Both the position numbers and the translations under genes were made by a program. 64,000 nucleotides of DNA from Camelus dromedarius. Taxonomy: Eukaryota. The stretch is from assembly GCF_036321535.1 (NCBI RefSeq), contig NC_087436.1:80106001-80170000 (forward strand), given 5' to 3'. The notes beneath the pieces are model-generated. The model did not search any database and was not told the DNA's origin. It worked only from the letters and a program-made list of their open reading frames with translations. This document shows, piece after piece, positions 1 through 12,260 of the stretch; the first letter of the stretch is position 1; each line of letters opens with the position of its first letter.

Positions 1-25
1 GAGTGCACATGGAAAAGTATAAGTG

Positions 26-64
26 TATATATATATATATATTATATAATATATATATATATAT
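26..64. repeat. (TA)n microsatellite, slightly interrupted
   Basis: tatatatata...attatataatatatatat run read directly. Confidence 0.95.
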
Positions 65-159
65 GAACACAGGAGTGTAGGAATAAATCAGTGAGAAGTC
101 TATGCACACTGCCTCTACTTTTCTCATTTTTTCAAATGAGTTTGGCTTCCACCTGCTCC

Positions 160-420
160 ATGCTTCACTCTGTGACGTGACTGCTAACTCCCTAAGTAAC
201 AAACCTATCAGGCTTTTCTCCATCACATTCTCCTGAACTCTTCCAGGGCAATTGTTCCTGTTGATCATCTCCTCGCTTTTGAAACTCCTGATTCAAAACC
301 ATCATGACCCTAAACCCTCCATAAGCTCTCTTTCTACTTGTCTTTACTCTTCCTCACTCTCCACTATTGCTCCTTGTCTTCCATTTCTCAAATGCCAGCA
401 TTCCACCCTTTGCCCTTGCC
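160..420 (+). mobile_element. Ancient L2 LINE fragment (RT region remnant)
   Basis: Pyrimidine-rich segment ...cttttctccatcacattctcctgaactcttccagggcaattgttcctgttgatcatctcctcgcttttgaaactc resembles degraded L2 ORF2. Confidence 0.55.
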
Positions 421-589
421 AGACTCATCTTCCACAACAATACCTGAATCACCTACTGGTATTTTTCTCTAGGTATTTTTCTCAAGAGTTAAACACCATG
501 AAATTAGTCTTTTTTATTGAAATTACCAGCCCTGCTTTATTACATGCTATCGGAACACAAGAAGACCATCTAGTTGAGTGCGGGCAGGA

Positions 590-780
590 ATTAGGTTGCC
601 TGCTTTTAAATCTTAACTCTTCTACAATTCTGCCTCAGCTGCTTCTTCTATAAAACGGGGATAATAACAATACTGATCTCCTACAGTGCGGTGAGGATTA
701 AATGAGTTACTATACATAAAAAAATCTAAAACAGTACTTTAGACATACTTAGTTCTCAGTCAATGTTAACCATCAGAGTT
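590..780 (+). mobile_element. MIR SINE
   Basis: MIR core ctcagc...ctataaaacggggataataacaatac...gtgaggattaaatgag. Confidence 0.8.
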
Positions 781-799
781 ATTGTAGCTCGTTACCATA

Positions 800-930
800 C
801 TCAATTAAATTATTTACTTGTCTGTTTTACAAGAATATGAGAACCTTGAAAGTGGGAGCAGGTCCCAATCAACATTCTGTACCCAACCCATAACACAGAG
901 CACATAACAAGTATGCAAATTGTGAGTTGA
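800..930 (+). mobile_element. L2 3' end remnant
   Basis: gaatatgagaaccttgaaagtgggagc...ctgtaccc...aacacagagcacataacaagt resembles the L2 tail. Confidence 0.5.
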
Positions 931-1174
931 TCATATTAGAGTACTTAGCTGAGAATAAATGGGGAATGAAACAAAGTAATGTTGACCTGAGAGAAGCCTG
1001 CAGTTCCCCTGGCCAGGCAAAGGTATGATGCCCCTATAACAAAGCCTGCAAAGCTACTGAAAACAGGAAAGATAAAGTGACAGTAGACTTCAGCTACTTG
1101 GAGAGCTGGAGGAGACGACAGATGCTGAAAAAGTGGGACATCAGATAAATGACTGAGTTGCCTGAAACACAGAG

Positions 1175-1615
1175 AAAGAAATAATGCCATTTGCAGCAAC
1201 ATGGATAGACCTGGAGATTGTCATACTAAGTAAAATAAACCAGAAAGAGAAAAAACAAATACCGTATAATAACTCTTATATGTGAAATCTTTAAAAGAAA
1301 ACATGAGACAAATGAACTTATTTGCAAAACAGAAACAGACCCACAGACGTAATAAACTTGTGGTTACCTAGAAGGGAGGAGGGGTATGGAGGGATAAATT
1401 GGGAGTCTGGGATTTGCAGATAGTTACTACTATATATAAAATAGATAAACAGCACAGTCCTACTGTATAGCACAGGGAACTATATTCAATAACTTGGAAT
1501 AGCCTATAATGAAAAAAATGAAAAGTAATATATATATGTACAACTGAATCACTATATGGTATACCAGAAATTAACACTACAAACTGAATATACTTCAAGA
1601 AAATAAATTCAAAAA
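1175..1615 (+). mobile_element. 5'-truncated LINE-1 3' end (cetartiodactyl-type 3'UTR)
   Basis: aaagaaataatgccatttgcagcaacatggatagacctggagatt...tactgtatagcacagggaactatattcaa...A-rich tail. Confidence 0.9.
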
Positions 1616-1689
1616 GAAGCTGGCATTTTTAATAGGAATCATAGTCATTTACAGCAACTGGTTTCAGAAGCAAGAAAATAAATGTGGGG

Positions 1690-2110
1690 GTGTTGGGTGA
1701 AATATCCAAATGGAATATCCAGGCCATGGCTGACAGGAGAAGATTCTGGACTAGAGTCATAGAAGTGAGAGTCAGCCGCATTAAGGCAGGAACTGAAGAC
1801 AGTTAGGAGAGAGGCTGCTGGGGAAAGCATGACAAGAAGTAAGGGGGAAGCTCCAAGGATAGAACTACGGAGGCGGGAGGAGAAAGGAGAAGCACTGAAG
1901 GAGCCTGAGGCAAAGCAAGGAAAGAAGGAGAAAAGGAGTTGACACCATGGGTGTCACAGAGCAGCCAAAGCAAGAGAGGAATTTCTTGAAGGAGCATGTG
2001 GTTAACCATGTCAAATGCACCCGGGTCAGAGGAAGCTGAGAAAGGATGAGAAAAGCCATTGGCCTTGAGGAGCGCAGACACAGGAGCTGTGAGGAGGCAG
2101 GGTAGCCAGT
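1690..2110 (-). mobile_element. L2 LINE fragment
   Basis: Minus-strand translation contains GAFDMVNHMLL, matching the L2/CR1 RT motif AFDTVDHxLL; purine-rich plus strand is typical of antisense L2. Confidence 0.75.
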
Positions 2111-2284
2111 GTGAAGAGCTAATGCTTCCAAAAGCCTCAAGAAACTGGAGCCGAAGGGAAAGGACTTAACCCGTTTGTCGTCTGAATGAGTGAATGATCA
2201 AATGAACACGTCTTTCCAGGTGTGATAGTCATGAGACAGAAAAGGCTCAGACAGACATCAAATGACTGACCACGAAGGGGCTTT

Positions 2285-2435
2285 CCAGTAGCATCAAGGT
2301 CAACCCTCCAATGTTCCCTGGGAGGAAACTCAGAATGGTTAGGTAGCTAGTTCAAAGTTGCCCCACAAGTTCATATCAGGAGGAGACTGAAATGAAGGTC
2401 TCAGATCAGCCAGCTGGGAAATCTTTCCACTGCCC
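2285..2435 (-). mobile_element. MIR SINE (degraded)
   Basis: gaggaaactcaga...ggttaggtagct...aaagtt...ctttccactgc. Confidence 0.55.
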
Positions 2436-3544
2436 TGCCTGTGCAACATGAACCTCCAGCTCAGCAAATGAGAAACAAAAAGAAAAGAAGCAGTTGATAA
2501 GTTTTCTTGTTCTTCTCGTTACTTTCTACCTATCTACCACCCCTCCTGCAGACACAATGCTCATCCTTTCTAACTGGTCTGTAATAAATAAGTGCTTTCC
2601 ACAGGAAAGGTGGCACAGGGATGTTTCCAAAGCTACCGGACAAGGACATCACGTTTTTCCTCTCAAACTGACATTCACCTTTGCCATGAATGCACAAGGC
2701 CCCAAGGGGCCAAGTTCACGTGTGGAGAGAAGTTGGCAGAACAGCACTCAGGAAACAGTTTTTCCTCCTAGTTCCACAGGCAGAGCCTATAGAGCCGAAG
2801 TGGGCTAGAACGGAGGACTGAGGGATAATCTGGCAACCTCAGGCAGTGTAAATAACGCAATCCAGCCACTCGGTCCTCCAGGCAAAGCAAAACATTTTCC
2901 CTGACCCTGCCAAGTTTCCTCCTCATGTATGAAAACTGCTCTAGGACCCAGGCCTGCAGGATTCATGGATCACAAATGGTGGCATTGCCAAGTTGGCGTG
3001 GGATTTGCGGGGCCCCTGTCCGGGAGCACATTGGACTCCATCCCCCACCCCCTTTCTTAGTCCGCACTAAGGGGGCATTTGGGAAGAAACACTCCCTCTG
3101 TGCAGCCACTAGGGGACCGTTTAAGGCACGACATTAGTAATGCAGTGTCTGGAGTCCAGCTAAGGCAGATTCCCTGGCGAAGGATCCAGATGCCAGGGTG
3201 ATAGGTGATTTAGCAGAGCGTGGGTAACTACAACGCCGCATTTATTACTTCACACGTTGGCTTCACTTACTGACTGGCTCCAGCCAGCTCTAGTAGAAGA
3301 AGATATTTCTCACCACATAAGCATAAGTCATTTTATGCTTTCCTTGGATTGCCTCTTCTAGGAACCTGAGTCCAGACTTTCAAATTAAAATGGAAGAATA
3401 AAGTTTGCTATTTTTCCCTCCATCTATAACAGGGACTGGAGCAGCAAGCATTGTGGACTCTTCATGTCCAAATCACTGGGTAGATTAACTATCAGTTCTG
3501 TCAGGCCAGGGGGAAACTTGAAATTCAGAATTAATTAATTATAT

Positions 3545-5312
3545 TAATTATTCATTATTTACATTGAAGTAGAGTTGATTTACAATATTATATGAGTTTC
3601 AGGTGTATAGCACAGTGATTCAGTATTTCTGCTGATCATGCTCCATTACAAGTTATTTCAAAATAACGGCTAAATTTCCTGTGCTGTACAATATATCCTT
3701 GTTGTTTATCCATTTTATATATAGTAGTTTGTATCTCTTAATCCTCTACCCCTTTCTTGCCCCTCCCCCTTCCCTCTCCCCACTGGTAACCACTAGTTTA
3801 TTTTCTGTATCTGTGAGTCTGCTTCTGTTTTGCTATATATGTCCATATTCATCCATGTGTTTTTTGCGATTCCACGTATAGGTGGTATCATACAGAATTT
3901 GTCTATCTCTGTCTGAATTATTTCACTAAGCATAATATTCTCAAGGTCCATCCCCATTGCTGCAAATAGCAGAATTTCATTCTCTTTTGTGGCCAATATT
4001 CCAGTCACCTGTTGATGGGCACTTAGGTTGCTTCCATATCTTGGGTATTGTAAATAATGCTTCTGTGAACACTGGGGTGCACGTTATCTTTTCCAATTAG
4101 CGTTTTTATTTTTTCCAGGTATGTGCCCAGGAGTAGAATTGCTGGATCATATTTTTAGTTTTTTGAGGATCCTTCATACTGTTTTCCACAGTGGCTGCAC
4201 CAATTTACATCCCCACCAACAGTACATAGGGCTCCCTTTCCTCCATATTCTCGCCAACATTTGTTATTTGTGGTCTTTTTGACAACAGTCATTCTGACAG
4301 GTGTGAGGTGATACCTTATTGTGGTGTTGACTTGCCTTTCTGTGAAAATTAGTGATGTTGAGCATCTTTTCCTGCACCTGTTAGCCATCCGTATGTCTTC
4401 TTTGGAAAAATGTCTATTGAGGTCTTCTGCCCAATTTTTAATCAGGTTTTTTTTTTTATATTGAGTTGTATGAGCTGTTTATACACATTGGATATTAATC
4501 CCTTATTGGTTATATCGTTTGAAAATATTTTCTCCCATTCCGTAGATTGTCTTTTCGTTTTGTTGATGGTTTCCTTTGATGCACGAAAGCTTTTAAGTTT
4601 AATTAGGTCTCATTTGTTTATTTTTGCTTTTATTTCCTTTGCCTTAGGAGATAGAGACAAAAAAATATTGCTATGATTTATGTCAAAGTGTTCTGTCTAT
4701 GTGTCTTCTTCTAGAAATTTTATGGTTTTGAGCCTTACATTTAGGTCTTTAATTCATTTTGAATTTATTTTTATATATGGTATGAGGAAGTCTTCTAATC
4801 TCATTCTTTTATGTGTAGCTGTCCAGTTTTCCCAGCACCACTTATTGAAGGGATTGTCTTTTCTCCATTGTATATTCTTGCCTCCTTTGGCACAAATTAA
4901 CTGACCATAGGTGTGTGGGTTTATTTCTGGGCTCTCTAACCTGTCCCGTTGATTTGTGTGACTACTTTTGTGCCAATACCATGCTGTTTTGATTACTGTA
5001 GCTTTGTAGTATAGCCTGAAGTCAGGAAGAGTGATACCTCCAGTTTTGTTCTTTTTCCTCAGGATTGCTTTTGCAATTCTGGGTCTTTTGTGAGTCCATA
5101 TAAATTTTAGGATTATTTGTTCTAGTTCTGTAAAAATGTTATGGGTATTTTGATAGTGATTGCATTTAATCTGTAGATTGCTTTGAGTAATATGGCCATT
5201 TTAACTATATTAATTCTTCCAATCCAAGAGCATCAGATGTCTTTCCATTTCTTTGTATCATCTTCAATTTTATTCATCAATGTTTTACAGTTTTCAAAGT
5301 ATAGATCTTTCA
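3545..5312 (-). mobile_element. 5'-truncated LINE-1 (ORF2 C-terminal part and 3'UTR), degenerate
   Basis: Minus ORFs 4155..4388 (RYHLTPVRM...KCWR) and 3793..4008 (KENEILLFAAMGMDLENIMLSE) are L1 ORF2 C-terminal motifs; the 3'UTR ends at an AT-rich tract near 3545. Confidence 0.95.
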
Positions 5313-6738
5313 GCTCCAGAATCACTTATTCAGAACTCTTACCTCCTTGAGTTTCTTTGGCCCTTCTACACCCTAGAACACCTACCCCAGCTGGAAACAT
5401 GCAGTTCTGTCAGAGACACACCCATTTTCAGCACAAGTGTATCTACTCATGCAGGAATAAAGGCTCATGGGGCTGTTAACACTTATCTAGTCACAAGAGC
5501 ACATTACACCCAAGTATTCATTCTTATTCTCCTCTTTATTTTTTCCCACCTCCTCCAAAAGCCCATAAAGATAACAATATTGGAGATATTCTGGGTAATC
5601 TGCCTCTTCACAAAGCTGACACAAACCCTGGCAGAATAATAATGTACTCAGCAGCCTCCTAGTCAGCAATGCAAAATGATCCTTGGGTTCAAGGCTATGA
5701 TACATTAGAATATAATTTGGCCAGAGCTTCTCTCTCTATTATGGAGAACAAATGCATTTTTGAATGACTTGAATAAGAGGTCATACTATTACTTCTGATG
5801 GGTAAATTCAAAGAGGGTCAGAGAGGAGACACAGTTCAGATAAACCCTGGAAAGTATATATGCTCTTTCAAATATAATCCTATTTTTTAGGTCTCTCTCT
5901 TCACTTCCAGGGCAGGAAACTTGGCTGCCATCAGGGACTCCATTTTCAGTTTGTTGGGAGATTTCAGACACTGCTGAATCTCTTAGTGCCCTGTTTACTC
6001 CATCTGTGGAGAATGGAAAAAATGTCACCTACCTCAGGCTATAGGGGACACTGAAAACTTGTTGTTGCTGCTGTTATTTCTGTGGTTGTGGTTTGTTTCT
6101 CAAAAGATTGTAATCTGGCCAATTTCCAAGAGCTTTGAGAAAGCTGAGAAATGCCCCTAGGCATACATACCATGTTAAAATGATGCCTGTGTGCTTAAAA
6201 TTTTGTCATCTTTTCAGCCCCTCCCCTTGTCTGTTTTATACGCAGGTTCATATCCCCAAAGGAAGTAATTTAAACTCTTTACCAAGGAGCTCGAGTTCCC
6301 AATTCTCACAATCCATCAAGCAATACATCTAGAGAAAACACAAATATGCCTTAGACATTCTTCACCAAACCCTACCAAGAAAATTGCTTAGCACTGTACT
6401 CTATGTGCAGTCTACATTTTCCTAATTAAACTGGATTAAAGGAGGATCCGGAAAGTTGTATAGTTACTTGAAAAATCAACCTCACTTATTCTGATAGGCT
6501 TTGAGTATGCTGTTAGAAATCACGACTAAAAGTCAATTTTTCCCCCTGCGTTCACATATTTTCACACGTGTGCTACAGGCTGAGTAGGCTTCCACATCCA
6601 GGTCATCGCAATCCTTGTTGGCATTTATTGGAAGAGGTGGAGTGGGCTCTTTGAGGGCCAGGTTTAGCCCACTCTATGAACAGTCTTAAAGTCCTCCGAG
6701 CAAGTCTTGGCTGTGGATCCCTCAGCCTCTGCACCAGG

Positions 6739-6745
6739 TTTTTTG

Positions 6746-6773
<28 letters not shown>
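6739..6773. repeat. Poly-T tract (about 34 T with one G)
   Basis: Read directly. Confidence 0.9.
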
Positions 6774-6776
<3 letters not shown>

Positions 6777-7959
6777 TGAGAAAGAGTCACAGTCCATCTG
6801 CTGTGCAAATACACAAATACAAAACCATGCCCCGTTTCATTAGGAATCGGTCCCCACCAGGATACAGCGGCCCTTTCACCTTTCAGATGAGGAATGAATG
6901 TTGTGATTGTAGATCAGCTCCTGACGGGAGGTCTTCCCGAGCAAGGAATGGAGTCAGCCTTGGCTCCAGGAAGCCACGAGGCCAGTGGTGCCCCAGCAAG
7001 TCCTGTACTCAGTACAAATCCACTATATGCCAGTTCTTAGCCTAGCTTCTCTTACACTATCTGTTTTTCCACGTGAGTTTGGGTGATCAAAACTGAAGAC
7101 TTGAGTGAAGGTGACTTCCAAGTATCCAGCACATCTGTACCAGTCCACGGCAACTCAATTGTCTCTGCCTCCTCCTTACAGACAGCATTTTGACAGTTAG
7201 TTTGTGAACCATAAATGTCTTGAGAGTCAGGCTAACTTCATCAGGTCCTGTATCATTCTTAACTTTTTAATAATGATCAGGTATCATTTCTATAACTAGA
7301 AAAAAAAAAAAGAACTGAATGCTCCAACATTGGACATGACTTTCTTCTAGACTTGGGTACAACCAAAGAGATTAAAGAAGAGGAAAATTTTAAACTGGGT
7401 CTCATGTATATGCATCAACCATCTCTGGGTCTAAAACACCTTGCAGTGGTTGTCTCTGGGAAGAAAAATTGGGTGCTGGGGTAAGGGATGCCACTGAAAT
7501 GTCCACCATCAATGGAGGAGGAAGAGGGGCAGAGAGGGGCAGGCACTGTGGTTTTTGAAGAGACACAATTTGTCTTACATGGAAAACAAAGACACTTCTA
7601 ATTTCAGACAAAACTTCCCCAGTAGCATTCAAAAAAAAAAATTCAGTCTTCACTGAGAAGGCTGTTGGGAAAGATAATTTCTAACAGTCAGTCTAGAGTG
7701 CAGATTTGTAAGTGTCTCCTCGACCTATTTTATTTCCTCCCTCTCTGACATAGTTTTTTTTAACAGTCTCCTCTTTCTCAGCTGGACACATCCAGTGAAA
7801 AGACACAAGGTCCCACACTTACAATACTGGTTACCAAATGTGACTTAATCTTCCTTCCTCTAGTCGCTCCCTCCTTTATGTACATGTTCTCTTCCATAAC
7901 TTTCTCTGTCCTTGTTAGGATCCCATTCATTTAATTTATCTATCTTTCCTTTCCCCTCT

Positions 7960-8130
7960 AATAATGTGTATTGAACGCCAGCTAGATTCTCTCTTTAACT
8001 TCACTTACGCCAGGCACCGTCTTCAGTATCTCATTTAAGCTTCTATAAAGTACGACTGTCATCTCCATTTTGCAAAGAAAGTCAAATATTCAACAGATAC
8101 AATACTTTGCCCCACATCACACAGCTAACC
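7960..8130 (-). mobile_element. MIR SINE (degraded)
   Basis: gccaggcaccgt...atctcatttaag...tctccattttgcaaag...tttgccccacatcacacagcta. Confidence 0.65.
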
Positions 8131-9029
8131 CAGACTTGCCTCCTCAGAGCCACATACTCGGTTTGTGAAAGGGGTATTCTTACTACCTCCTTAACCTTTT
8201 TATTCAAATTTCACTTTTTCCCAAACTTCTGCTGACTATCTAATGCCCTCATGTTATCTACTTCTTCCTCTTTTCCTCAATATTCCATTGTTTACCCGGT
8301 CCCTCTGGTACCACCTTTTATTTTCTTTGCTCAAGTTCAAAATCCAAATAACGGATTGTTTCCAGGGCCTCTTTCCTGCCGCTCAGAGTCAAAGTGAAGG
8401 CACAGCCCTGGTAGCAATGACCACGGCTTATGTATTTGGAAGGGAGGTGACTTCCTGCTAATTTACAGCTAGGATCCTTAGTTAAATACTCAACACCCGA
8501 CAATGGTGCTTGTTTCTAAAGGTCAGTGACTTGTTACCGAGTATCTTAATAAGGAAATGGAGAGGGAGAAATTGTACTTGACTACACACTAGTGTCTAGC
8601 TGGTGCTGGTAAGTTAGTAGAATACACACTTTCCCCCATGAAATCTAACCTTCATACTCGAGAGGCACGCAAACAAAATCCCGTTATGAACAATCGCTCT
8701 TACTTTAAGCCGCAAAATATCAATAAACATGTTAAGCATAAAACAACATTCCACTACTGAGTTGCATTCACATCATGAAATTTCTGAGAGAGTTCCTATT
8801 ATGATCATTATTATATCGTCGTTATTATTTCATCATGGAGGATAAGGAGAACTTGAAGAACATCACGGTCCCAAAAGTAAAACTCATCTGTACGTTTCGC
8901 CCCCACCTTTGCGCCTCATGAGCTATGGATTAAGAAGAAAATAGCTGGTCCTGGAATAAAAGAGAAGCATGCGTAGTGAAAATTCTCATTCAAAAGGCTA
9001 AACTAAAAGCAGACCCTTTTTTTTCCGTC

Positions 9030-9280
9030 TTAAGATAAATATGCAAGTGGACGCAGACGCGCGCACATCCGCCGCCCCTGCGTCAGACGCCTGAGTCCAG
9101 CAGAGCCCGCGGCAGAGACTTCACGGCGTGACATCACTGCATCTCGGGTAATGTGTGGAAATGAATTCATTGCATGGATCCATGACCAGAAATTCATCCC
9201 TGCCCCTCCCCCTCGCCCACCCCTCTCTCCACAGTCAGCCAAGTTTGTGCAGGACCACTGTGCCGCTCAGCCCGGGGGCT
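9030..9280. promoter_or_regulatory. CpG-enriched promoter/enhancer-like element
   Basis: Local CpG cluster (gacgcagacgcgcgcacatccgccgcccctgcgtcagacgc), GC-box core ccgccc, TGCGTCA at 9079-9085, TGACATCA at 9129-9136, C-rich Sp/KLF-like tract at 9197-9230; no recognisable repeat. Confidence 0.45.
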
Positions 9281-10299
9281 TAATGCATTCATTAAACAGG
9301 AGACTGGAGCCGGTTTCCTATGTTTCTCATTATTTAAAAGAACAAGTTAATCTCCCCTTTGGAGGGCAGCAGGGGACCTGAAAACCACATGACCCTCTTA
9401 CAGAGTCCTCTGCCTGGCGCTCCCTTGCTGACAGGTCTGCTTTCATAATTTTAGCGTCGTAGCTGTGGAGCAAGTTTTAGAGAAGTAGACGTAGCTGATG
9501 GGCTGGTGGAAGTGAGAAGGTGAGGCCAGGAGGAAGCGAGGGGGTGAGGGAAAGGCATCCAGCCTTCTGATAGATGGCACGTCTTTGATCAGATCTGTCT
9601 CCCTCCCTTCTGGAGTGCCTATCATATCACACAAACTGCTCCTGAGGAGCCCTCCATTTACCCTCTCCCCTAATTAAATGTGCACTTCATTAATGTAAAT
9701 TGGGGGTTTAATGCTCTTGTTGAAATTCTGAAGAAAGTGCTATGGCCTCGCGAAATGCTTAAGCATCATTGCAAATTAGATTAGGGACCAAGAAAGGCAG
9801 TAAAATTAGAATGATAATGGCTGATGTGGCTTCCTGACAGGCATGACTATTCAGGGATCAATGGAATGGAGAACAGTTCCCCGAGCCGCCAAGTGAAAGG
9901 CAGGGACAAACGTCAGCCTACAGATGTGGCTTTTGGAAGCACTTTCAATTAGTTTAATTTGGTAAATGGTGGGGATTTAGAGGCTCTCAGCCAGTCATAC
10001 AAGACAAGAATACATTGAAATGTTTTTCACTTTTTAACATAAAATAGGATTGGCTTTCGATTTGCATTTCTCGAACAAGAAGATGGAGTGGGGCGGGTTG
10101 GGGGAGCGGAGGGGTTCAGGGAAAGTTTCCAAAGTGTTTCACCAACTCCGCTTTTGAAAATGGAAATGACTTTTATAAGCTTGGACGGCAACCTTCCAAA
10201 GAGTGGGAAAGGGGAGAGTAAATGTTTCTTCTGGTTCTCAGGGAGGCCTTAAATCCTGACTGAACACACCAAGAGCCCAAGATGTACTAAAAGCCCAGG

Positions 10300-11110
10300 A
10301 TGGGGGAGGGGCGCGTAGGCAGTGAAATACACTCAAACTCACTCATCATTTCTCACTAGAAATATATTGCTCATCTTAAGAAACCAAAAACAAAACAAAA
10401 CAAAACAAAAAACAAAACAACAACAAAAAACCCCGCTATCTCTCAGCTTTCTGGGGTCCTTTCTGCTCCGTCCCCTCAAAAAATTAATCACATTTTTAAA
10501 GGTATTACGAAAGAGAAATATTCATAATCCTATTCCACAAATATTTGCCAAGCACGTGTGCCCGGAGGGCTGTTCTAAGGGGTCGGCGGGCACCTCTGCA
10601 GACACGGGCTGGGCAGACGCTCCTTTGGCGCTTACCTGGTTACTTGGTTAGTGTTAAGTGCGTCTTTTCCTTTGTGTTCCCTCCTGCTAACTTCCCCCTC
10701 CCTCCCCAACCACCGGTGTCTTCACTGGAAAATAAGTTGGCACTAATCTGGTGACTGGGGACGTTTACAGGCTGGACAGCTTCTGTGCACAAAGACCTCC
10801 TTCAGATTTGCAGATTTTGACTACAGGTCCTTCCTTGTGTTCCCAGAACGCTCGAGTTGGACCTCCTCCCTGAAGGCGTCTGCATCTTTCATGAGTGAAG
10901 GGGAAGGAGATGATGCGTCAGAAGCTACGGTAAATATTACCAAATCCCCAGTGACTCCAACGCCTATGCAACCTCGGGAACCGGCGCAGTGATTCGCCTT
11001 CCAAATCCGTACGTTCCGTTCACGGATTCACCAAACGTTTGCTGACAGGTTCACCTCTCACTCCAGTTAATAGCCACTGCTAGCCCGCAGCAAGCGTGGC
11101 AAGAGACAAA
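10300..11110. promoter_or_regulatory. Second CpG-enriched regulatory region with candidate minus-strand non-coding exon
   Basis: Elevated CpG, gggggagggggcgcg near 10302, TGCGTCA at 10914-10920, near-consensus minus-strand donor CAG|GTAAGC at 10636/10635. Confidence 0.4.
10381..10430. repeat. (CAAAA)n simple repeat
   Basis: aaaccaaaaacaaaacaaaacaaaacaaaaaacaaaacaacaacaaaaaa. Confidence 0.9.
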
Positions 11111-11419
11111 CCCACACAGAAAGCGGAGAGTCTCCTGCCCAAGAAGGAAGAGAGTGATCTCCACTCGCAGTGAAAATAAGCCAGGGCTCATGAAACAGTC
11201 TGCACTGTCAATAATTTGGTGGCTAGGACTTCTGCTCAGTTCATTATGAGGATGGTAGCAGATCATTGATGCTTCCCCTACAAGTCAGTCCACGATTTAT
11301 GGGCTTCCTAAGACTTCATTTCATAATTACTTGTCTCTTTCAAAACATCCAGAGGAAAAGTAGGAAAAAAATTCCAAGTACGTGATCCCAATGAAGTTAA
11401 TACAAATAATAATTATATC

Positions 11420-11610
11420 TAATATTTGTATACTGCTTTGCTGTTTTCCAAGAACACAGACAAATCCAATAACTCATTTGATCCATAGTAAAATCTTCTG
11501 AGGTGGAAAATAAATGAATAGTTCCTTATATTTTATAAATGAGGAAAATAAGGTTCAGGGGTATCCAGTTACTTCCCAAAAGACACAGAGTAAGTGGTGG
11601 AGGAAGAAGT
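11420..11610 (-). mobile_element. MIR SINE
   Basis: aactcatttgatcc...ttttataaatgaggaaaataaggttcagggg...acttcccaaaagacacagagtaagtgg. Confidence 0.75.
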
Positions 11611-11809
11611 AAAACAGATGTTTTCTTTTTCCAATTAACTTTAATATTGTTGCAAAATTGATAGATGATTATTGAGAAAATTCAAGTAATATAGGAATGT
11701 CAAAGAAGAAAGTAAAATGTATACCAATAATTACCAGAAATATTTTTGCAAATATCCTTTCATGTATCTTTTTTTTTTGCATATAGACAGATAACATGAA
11801 TAGTGATTG

Positions 11810-11975
11810 TAATAAGCGCTAACACATATTAACCTCTTTCAATGAACCAATACTATCTTAGTATCTTGGATATCTGCATTTACTCCTTAGAACACCTCTA
11901 TGAAGTAGATGTAACTTACAAACGAGGAAAGTGAGGCTGGGAGAGGTTAAGAAATTTCGCCAAATTCACAGAACT
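11810..11975 (-). mobile_element. MIR SINE
   Basis: acaaacgaggaaagtgaggctgggagaggttaagaaatttcgccaaattcacag. Confidence 0.75.
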
Positions 11976-11989
11976 GGGAATATTACATA

Positions 11990-12260
11990 TAAAATTATGA
12001 TCATACTGATCACATAAGTAAGTAACTTGCTTTTTCGCACAACATATCGTAAGCATGTTTCCATGTGTCCGCCTCATCATGCTTCATGGCTGCACACGTT
12101 TCATTGTATTACGTATCATAATTTAGTTAATTAATCCCTATTGATGGGCTTTAGGTTGCCTTTGGTTTTTTCTTTTGAAAACAGTGCTGTGATGAAAATC
12201 ATGAGTATATTTTCTTCCACATTCAGAGAGTCATCCCCTTAGGGTTAATTCTTAGACAAA
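11990..12260 (-). mobile_element. Ancient L1 (L1ME-like) 3' fragment
   Basis: catggctgc...ttcattgtat...cataatttagttaattaatccctattgatgggctttaggttg...cagtgctgtgatgaaaatc. Confidence 0.7.

Noticed and set aside
252..653. 133-aa Ser/Leu-rich ORF
   Set aside because: Overlaps L2 and MIR remnants, has a TTG start and low complexity.
6739..6773. Long poly-T as the tail of a minus-strand processed pseudogene
   Set aside because: No adjacent poly(A) signal, TSD or mRNA-like sequence was seen; treated as a simple homopolymer.
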